This document shows, piece by piece, positions 58,283 through 64,000 of a DNA stretch of 64,000 nt (positions are counted from its first letter, which is position 1; each line of letters begins with the position of its first letter). Under the pieces are notes generated by a model, which was given only the letters and a program-made list of their open reading frames with translations, was not told where the DNA came from and searched no databases. The position numbers and the translations under genes are program-made. Source of the DNA: Anaerohalosphaeraceae bacterium (GTDB lineage: Bacteria > Planctomycetota > Phycisphaerae > Sedimentisphaerales > Anaerohalosphaeraceae); NCBI GenBank assembly GCA_963675525.2, contig CAXXSL010000013.1, forward strand, positions 224,001-288,000, written 5' to 3'.

Positions 58283-60028
58283 TCAATCCTGAAGTTGTTT
58301 TTGCCATTCGCTTAGTAGTATACGCGACAACGGTCGAATTGTTTTTTCCGAAAAATCAAATTCCAGCCCTGCCGCAGAAAACAGCTCCGGCAACGGCCGG
58401 CTGCCGCCCAGCGAGAGTGCTTTCTTATAGTTCTCAACCGCTTTAGCGGTATCCTGTTTGGCCTGCATCCAGACACCCAGTGCACCAAGCTGCGCAATAC
58501 CGTATTCAATAAAATAAAACGGAAACTGGAAAAAGTGAAGAACACGATGCCACTGAGACGCCCGATATTCCTCAAGACCGCTCCAGTCTTCGATGCCGGT
58601 TCCATACCGCCTGTTCAGTTCAATCCACTGCTGCTGTCTTTGCTCAACGGTGTGCGATGGATTTTCATAAATCCAATGCTGAAACGCATCAAAAATCGCA
58701 ACCACAATCAAAGCTCGTACGCAATCTTCAAACTTATCCCGCCACCACCGCTTTCGCTCATCGGGACGATAAAAGACGTCCAAATGTGCCGCCGAAAGAA
58801 ACTCCATCGACATGGAAGCAACTTCACAAAATTCGATTGGCGCATGGAGATAGGCCGTAAGTTTTTCATGCGTACAAGCCAGCAGATGAAAGGCATGGCC
58901 GCCTTCGTGAGTCAATAGGTTCAGATCATCATCCGTCCCATTGGTGTTGCCAAAAATGAACGGCTTTCGGGCCTCATGCAGTGTTTCCTGATAACCGCCG
59001 GGTGCTTTTCCCTTCCGGCTTTCCAGATCAAGAAGTCCTTCATCCAGCATCATTTGGAACTGACTGCCGAATGCGGCATCAACCCGCCCGAACATGGTGC
59101 AAAGCCCCTCGGTAAGCTGGTTGAGGTTGTCAGCCGGTTTCAGCGGCCCCCTGCCGAGCGGGTCGCACTGCAAATCCCAAGGCCGCAATAGTAGATTCAT
59201 TTGCTCGGCTCGCAACTGATATATTTGACGCTGAAGCGGCACGATGTATTTTTCAACCGCATCATGGTACTGTCTGCAATGCTGCGGCGTATAATCAAAG
59301 CGATGATATTCCCTGAACTTATAATCTCTGTAGTTTTCAAAACCCGCATGTTCCGCTATTTTTTGACGAACTGAAATCATTTTATCGAAAATGTTGTCCA
59401 GCGGTTCTTTATCCTGTTGATACCGGTCAAGAAATGCTTTCCATGCCTGCTCGCGAGTGGAACGATCCGTTTCTAAAACGTATTTTCTCATTTGTGACAG
59501 TGGCAACTCCTGACCGCGAAACTGTACCGTCATCGCCCCGGTGATTTGCTGGTACTGCTGACTGAGCAATGAATCTTCGGTTTGCAAGGGAACGTTCTCG
59601 GCCCGAAACAACTCCATATCGGAACGGGTCCTGCGGAAATACATCGCATATCGCGAGGGATTAAAGGATAATGCATCAGCCGTATGGATCATTTTCCGGT
59701 CAAGCTCATCCGATAGACACTTGATAACCGGCTCGATCGTCTTGACAAAATCCGTGTAGGCCTGGGTCCGCTGCGGATCATCGGTCTGACAGGTCATCCG
59801 GATATAAAGGACCGACTGCTGCTGGGCAACTGCTGCCTCAAGTTCGGACCGGTCCAGCACCCATATCTCCAACTCATCCGACGATTGAATCGGCCGGTCC
59901 AGCAGTTGACGCCACAGCAATTCGACCTGCTCTCGGTTTGTTAAATCCACATCAGCCGGGACAAACCGCCTCGGCTGATAAGGAACCAATGACGAAAAAT
60001 CCAATTGTATGTTTGCCTGTTTATCCAT
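58283..60028 (-). CDS. M3-family oligoendopeptidase F
   Basis: RKGKAPGGY, HEGGHAFH (HExxH), EFCEVASMSME, PFYFIEYGIAQLGA. Confidence 0.93.
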   Translation of the reverse strand: MDKQANIQLDFSSLVPYQPRRFVPADVDLTNREQVELLWRQLLDRPIQSSDELEIWVLDRSELEAAVAQQQSVLYIRMTCQTDDPQRTQAYTDFVKTIEPVIKCLSDELDRKMIHTADALSFNPSRYAMYFRRTRSDMELFRAENVPLQTEDSLLSQQYQQITGAMTVQFRGQELPLSQMRKYVLETDRSTREQAWKAFLDRYQQDKEPLDNIFDKMISVRQKIAEHAGFENYRDYKFREYHRFDYTPQHCRQYHDAVEKYIVPLQRQIYQLRAEQMNLLLRPWDLQCDPLGRGPLKPADNLNQLTEGLCTMFGRVDAAFGSQFQMMLDEGLLDLESRKGKAPGGYQETLHEARKPFIFGNTNGTDDDLNLLTHEGGHAFHLLACTHEKLTAYLHAPIEFCEVASMSMEFLSAAHLDVFYRPDERKRWWRDKFEDCVRALIVVAIFDAFQHWIYENPSHTVEQRQQQWIELNRRYGTGIEDWSGLEEYRASQWHRVLHFFQFPFYFIEYGIAQLGALGVWMQAKQDTAKAVENYKKALSLGGSRPLPELFSAAGLEFDFSEKTIRPLSRILLSEWQKQLQD

Positions 60029-60188
60029 ACTGTTAATCCTTCCGGGCTCCTAACGTATTTTCAAATCCGTATGGAGTGGTATTATAACAGACCGCCGAGC
60101 ATGAAGAAACAGGCAAACACACAAAAAAAGAGAGCCTGCGGTTGGGCGACCACAGGCTCGTTCATCCCTTGTCAAAAGAGATAAGAGG

Positions 60189-60362
60189 TTATGAGATTGT
60201 CTTGGTTAGATAGCGAAAAAACGCCATTCCTGCCGTGCAGATAAAAAGGGTGCTCGGTTGCGGCAGCGCGACGGCCAACGGGGCCTGCTCCGCTTCAGCA
60301 CCGGCATAAGCAACCCCTGCCGCAATAGCTGAGATCAGAATGACAAATGACGTTTTTTTCAT
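60189..60362 (-). CDS. 57-aa protein: signal peptide plus PEP-CTERM-like sorting tail
   Basis: MKKTSFVILISAIAAGVAYA, then GAEAEQAPLAVA, then LPQPSTLFICTAGMAFFRYLTK; terminator hairpin at 60132-60159. Confidence 0.6.
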   Translation of the reverse strand: MKKTSFVILISAIAAGVAYAGAEAEQAPLAVALPQPSTLFICTAGMAFFRYLTKTIS

Positions 60363-60409
60363 AATTTCCCCCGGATTGAATTCGGATTGATGCCTCATCA
60401 ACACCAACC

Positions 60410-60673
60410 CTATTTCGGCGGATTCTGTTCAAGTCGTTTACGCAAGTCCGTATTTTCACGGCGTGTCGCTTCCAGATCAAAGATCAAATACTTAACTCCC
60501 AGCCGTAAATAATCCAACGACTGCTGGAGATTATTCAGCTTTTGCTGAAGCTGTTCATGACCTTCGCGACTTTTTCGCGTAAGATTGACGATCTTTTCCT
60601 GTTCCGGTTTCGGAAAGGATTCGGTTTCTTTTAAAATATCGAACAGCTTTTGATTGAATTCCGATTCTTTCAT
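60410..60673 (-). CDS. Conserved coiled-coil hypothetical protein (planctomycete-type)
   Basis: LDYLRLGVKYLIFDLEATRREN motif. Confidence 0.75.
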   Translation of the reverse strand: MKESEFNQKLFDILKETESFPKPEQEKIVNLTRKSREGHEQLQQKLNNLQQSLDYLRLGVKYLIFDLEATRRENTDLRKRLEQNPPK

Positions 60674-61146
60674 GTGTCACCCCCAAAAAGTTCATTCTCC
60701 GAAGCCAGCAAAACATGCGTTAACACGGCTCTTGTTGCGGTTTACATCACTCTCAAGCCGGCATTTGCCGCCTTTCTATCATCAGCCCCAATATACTGTG
60801 TTGAGTTCCTCCAAAGCCAACAAACGTATTATAGCAAAACGCACCCTTAAATTCACAAAAATAGGGATTTGGGGGCTGATTTTGCACTAAAAAACAGGTT
60901 CAACATCATAAAAAAAGGTTTTATCGGCCGTTGTTTAAAAAATTTTCCGGTCAAATCTCATGGAATTCCGCGGGTAAATTAATGTTGAAAAAACAGGAAA
61001 TTGTCCCTGTTTGCATCTTGGTATCTTACTTGAAGTTGGCTTAAAACGGACCACATTGATTGGTTGAAGGCCGTATTATGCTATGGCTCATCATGCCAGT
61101 CCCGGCCTTGGGATGTCAATCTTTACGGAACCACTGAAACTGCTCA

Positions 61147-61179
61147 GTTCCCCGGAAACAGGATTCATTTCCGGGGAAC
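61147..61179 (-). terminator. Hairpin downstream of the CotH/LTD gene
   Basis: GTTCCCCGGAAA...TTTCCGGGGAAC. Confidence 0.6.
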
Positions 61180-61204
61180 CGTACAAGGGGAGTGTTAATA
61201 TTGA

Positions 61205-64000
61205 TTACTGACCCGGATCCGGATTGGCCGCACTCCAGTTGTTCGGATCGTTGCCGTAAGCCGAATGAGTTATCCGCTGGAGGGAATCCCCATTACCATC
61301 GGGATCTGTTGGCCAGGGAAATGTGTCATCATACGTTACCTGATCGACACGAATCCATGAGCGGTCCTGGCCATATAATTGTTCGCCGGGCTTGCACAGA
61401 CGTACTTTTTCACCGCCGTTACTGAGACTCGTGGTATTCGCAAACGGGCCGACGACCTGCGTTCCGGCCGGTAGCGAGGTATAGTAGCTATTAAATGCGG
61501 ACGGGTCTCTGGCGACGATCAAATAATCCCCCGCATCAATGGATGTGCCTGCGTCGAAGCTGTAATCAATCCCATTGGTGAATGACCAGGAAACTGTTTC
61601 GTCCACAAAGGTGCCCGGCGATGTTTCTCTCCTGACCAGGTCTTCCAGATAGACGGTTTGGTCCGAGATATTATGCAGCTCGATATACTCGTCGCCATTG
61701 TTTCCGGGATCCGGATTGTATTGGATTTCCGATATAACGATCGGGCCGACCTGCGGACCCGCATTGGCCCAACCATCCGTGGGGAAACTCATGGCCACAA
61801 AATCCACATCGTTGGTACTGGTGACATAGCGGCCCAGGGACACATCCTGCTCGGAGGGATCGAAACCCTGTTCTGTCTGGTAGCCGGTGATCTGACCGCC
61901 TGCGCCGGAGGTCAGGTATAGTGTTTCACCGTTTTCACTCAACGCAAAGGCCGTTCCGAAATGCATGTCTTCGTAAAAGACCACATACCCGCCGGCAGGA
62001 ATTTCAGGGGTATTGGTTGGGATCGTGTATTTCGTGTAATCTAAATCGTTGTCGCTGAGGAACCAGCCGCCGACAGAGACTGACTGACCCGTTGTATTGT
62101 GCAGCTCGATCCAGTCCGGATCGGTATCGTCCGAATGGGCCAATATTTCATTGACGACGACACTGTCAGGTGCCAGACCGACTTCATCTTCACCGGGAGA
62201 ACCGCCGGAGACAGTACTGGCACGCCAGCCGGCCTTTTCATCCCACAGGAGCAGATCCCCAAGCGGGTCAATGATCGTTAACGAGAATCCATAGCCGTCG
62301 GTCAGCGGATACCAACCATCCTTATAACTGAACAACTGAATCGCTCTTCCGAGGGCGTCTTTGAATTTGACTTTATCGCCGTCGTTGTCAAGCGCTCCTT
62401 CGTCCCATTGAATGACTGGAACGGCGCCGGGCACATCGGTGTAATAAGCTTCAAACAGGGGTTTGTTTCGCACCAGCAGCAGATACTCGCCGGCACCAAC
62501 CGTGATATCGCCGAATGTATGCACAATGCTTTTAGTGAACTGGACCAGATTCAGATTGACCCCCGAATCGCCGATGTTTTTTATTTCAATGAATTCATGG
62601 TTCGGATCGGCCGGGTGGTACATCAGTTCCGTGATACGAAGACTTTCAACGATCGGATCTGTATTGAAGACCGCTTCAGCCAAAGCGCTCCACTCACCGC
62701 CGCCGCTTCTGGAACGGGCTTTAACAAGTGTTGGTTTAGTCAGCGATATGCCGCCACTGTAAGTGACTGCCGATGCGGTATTGACCGCCCCGCCGGGCAA
62801 TCGCGGATCGGTGCCGTCCAGTGTGTACCAGATCGTATCGCCGCTGTTGCTCATGGTCAGGCTGGACCCTGTCGCAATGTCGCCGCCGTACTGAGCCGCA
62901 CTGTTAATATAAAACTCCGGCGCCGTCGTTGCCGGATACCATTTGGGATTCTTCGAAGTAAACTGAGCCAGCACGACATTGTGTCGAGTAGGGATAAACG
63001 AGGTTAATAAGCGATTGACTTCATCGATCCATTCTTCGTTGCGAGTATAGGGTGTACTGCGGCGGTTGTCGCCCCAGCGGGCCGATTCGCCGACAATCGC
63101 ACGGTCGATCCAGTCGGTCAGGTGCGTGAAGACAGCCGCAAAGTTATTCGGTGTCAGTGCGCCATTATTGAAAAAATGTTTATGAACCTGATCGGCAAAC
63201 GCCATACGGTACTCATCATTGCCGATCCATTTCCATTGCAGGCCGGTGGGTGCCATGGAGTTATTTTTCGTGGTGGCGTCCGTTGTCGGAAAGGAGCCAT
63301 CGTCCATGATGTGTTCGGCGTCCCACATATGCCATCGCCAGCGTCCTTCGGGATCGAACCGGTTATGGGTAGCATACCAGTTCTTGTGGTCCCAGTCGCC
63401 GTTCCCCACATAATAGTTTGCAAGCAAATAGTCGATAAAGTCGGGTACATCGAGCTTTTGCTTGAGATTTTCGAAAGCAGTTACTTCGTCAGGGCTGCTT
63501 TGGGAAATATTGAACATAGCAACAAGGTCATCATAGCTTCCATCAATGGCATTGTTGTATACATGTTTAACAACATCATAATCCTCTTTGTCACCGCCCA
63601 AATAGGACGCTGCAAACGCTCCGTCCGGCCGTTCGTGCATCCAATACATGCCCCAATACAAACCGTTGACGTAAACATGTAACGGCCTTCCGTGACAGGC
63701 ATAACTGCCCAATGCAAGTTGTGTATTGGAAGCAACCTGGTCGCGTACATACTCACCATGCTCGCGCTGGACTTCAGTGGGATGAAGCCAACTGTTCTGC
63801 GGGCGTGAGTCCAGGACGATGGTGTTGTATGTATCGGCGCCCTCTGAGCCGAACAGTGGATGCTCCAATTGACCGCCGAAGATACCGCGGAACATCAATC
63901 GGAAAGAGAGCTTATAACACTTCCATCGATCCAGAGTTGTACCTCCTGCCACCTCACTGGCACCTCCCTGCATTCGGATGCCGCAGTTGGTCTGGAATAG
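61205..64000 (-). CDS. Secreted CotH-kinase plus lamin-tail-domain protein (5' end outside the window)
   Basis: YVNGLYWGMY..HERPD, NGDWDHKNW, WDAE (CotH); IWYTLDGTDP; three LTD repeats (ITELMYHP, VNEILAH, ISEIQYNP); frame open to 64000. Confidence 0.88.
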   Translation of the reverse strand, partial: LFQTNCGIRMQGGASEVAGGTTLDRWKCYKLSFRLMFRGIFGGQLEHPLFGSEGADTYNTIVLDSRPQNSWLHPTEVQREHGEYVRDQVASNTQLALGSYACHGRPLHVYVNGLYWGMYWMHERPDGAFAASYLGGDKEDYDVVKHVYNNAIDGSYDDLVAMFNISQSSPDEVTAFENLKQKLDVPDFIDYLLANYYVGNGDWDHKNWYATHNRFDPEGRWRWHMWDAEHIMDDGSFPTTDATTKNNSMAPTGLQWKWIGNDEYRMAFADQVHKHFFNNGALTPNNFAAVFTHLTDWIDRAIVGESARWGDNRRSTPYTRNEEWIDEVNRLLTSFIPTRHNVVLAQFTSKNPKWYPATTAPEFYINSAAQYGGDIATGSSLTMSNSGDTIWYTLDGTDPRLPGGAVNTASAVTYSGGISLTKPTLVKARSRSGGGEWSALAEAVFNTDPIVESLRITELMYHPADPNHEFIEIKNIGDSGVNLNLVQFTKSIVHTFGDITVGAGEYLLLVRNKPLFEAYYTDVPGAVPVIQWDEGALDNDGDKVKFKDALGRAIQLFSYKDGWYPLTDGYGFSLTIIDPLGDLLLWDEKAGWRASTVSGGSPGEDEVGLAPDSVVVNEILAHSDDTDPDWIELHNTTGQSVSVGGWFLSDNDLDYTKYTIPTNTPEIPAGGYVVFYEDMHFGTAFALSENGETLYLTSGAGGQITGYQTEQGFDPSEQDVSLGRYVTSTNDVDFVAMSFPTDGWANAGPQVGPIVISEIQYNPDPGNNGDEYIELHNISDQTVYLEDLVRRETSPGTFVDETVSWSFTNGIDYSFDAGTSIDAGDYLIVARDPSAFNSYYTSLPAGTQVVGPFANTTSLSNGGEKVRLCKPGEQLYGQDRSWIRVDQVTYDDTFPWPTDPDGNGDSLQRITHSAYGNDPNNWSAANPDPGQ

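Overview
Bacterial chromosomal window. Gene content and style (dockerin-like, LTD/CotH and PEP-CTERM-like secreted proteins, MetX-MetW fusion, planctomycete-type hypotheticals) suggest an anaerobic Planctomycetota genome (Phycisphaerae/Sedimentisphaerales-like); this assignment is an inference. Housekeeping genes (lepA, tRNA-Pro, rpmA, rsmE, metX, aceE, ettA, frameshifted miaA, ispA-dxs-nadK, dinG-like helicase, pepF) alternate with accessory genes, many REP-like palindromes and two IS110-family elements. Main observations: (1) an apparently intact IS1111-type IS110 element (41875-43276) inserted at a CT core inside a REP palindrome, with a 3' non-coding region that reads as a bridge/seek RNA whose loops match its own target and donor junctions; (2) a ~9.8-kb block (two-component system plus DUF4139/VWA operon) bracketed by two copies of the ettA 3' end that differ only at synonymous sites, so a histidine kinase and EttA share the C-terminus AHRRGKYKQLKLR; (3) a promoter-driven, hairpin-rich ~450-nt non-coding unit upstream of a [DE]PN-rich secreted protein with a clan CD protease-like C-terminus; (4) small unannotated proteins and an AACCCAA repeat element. 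All calls were made by eye, without database searches.
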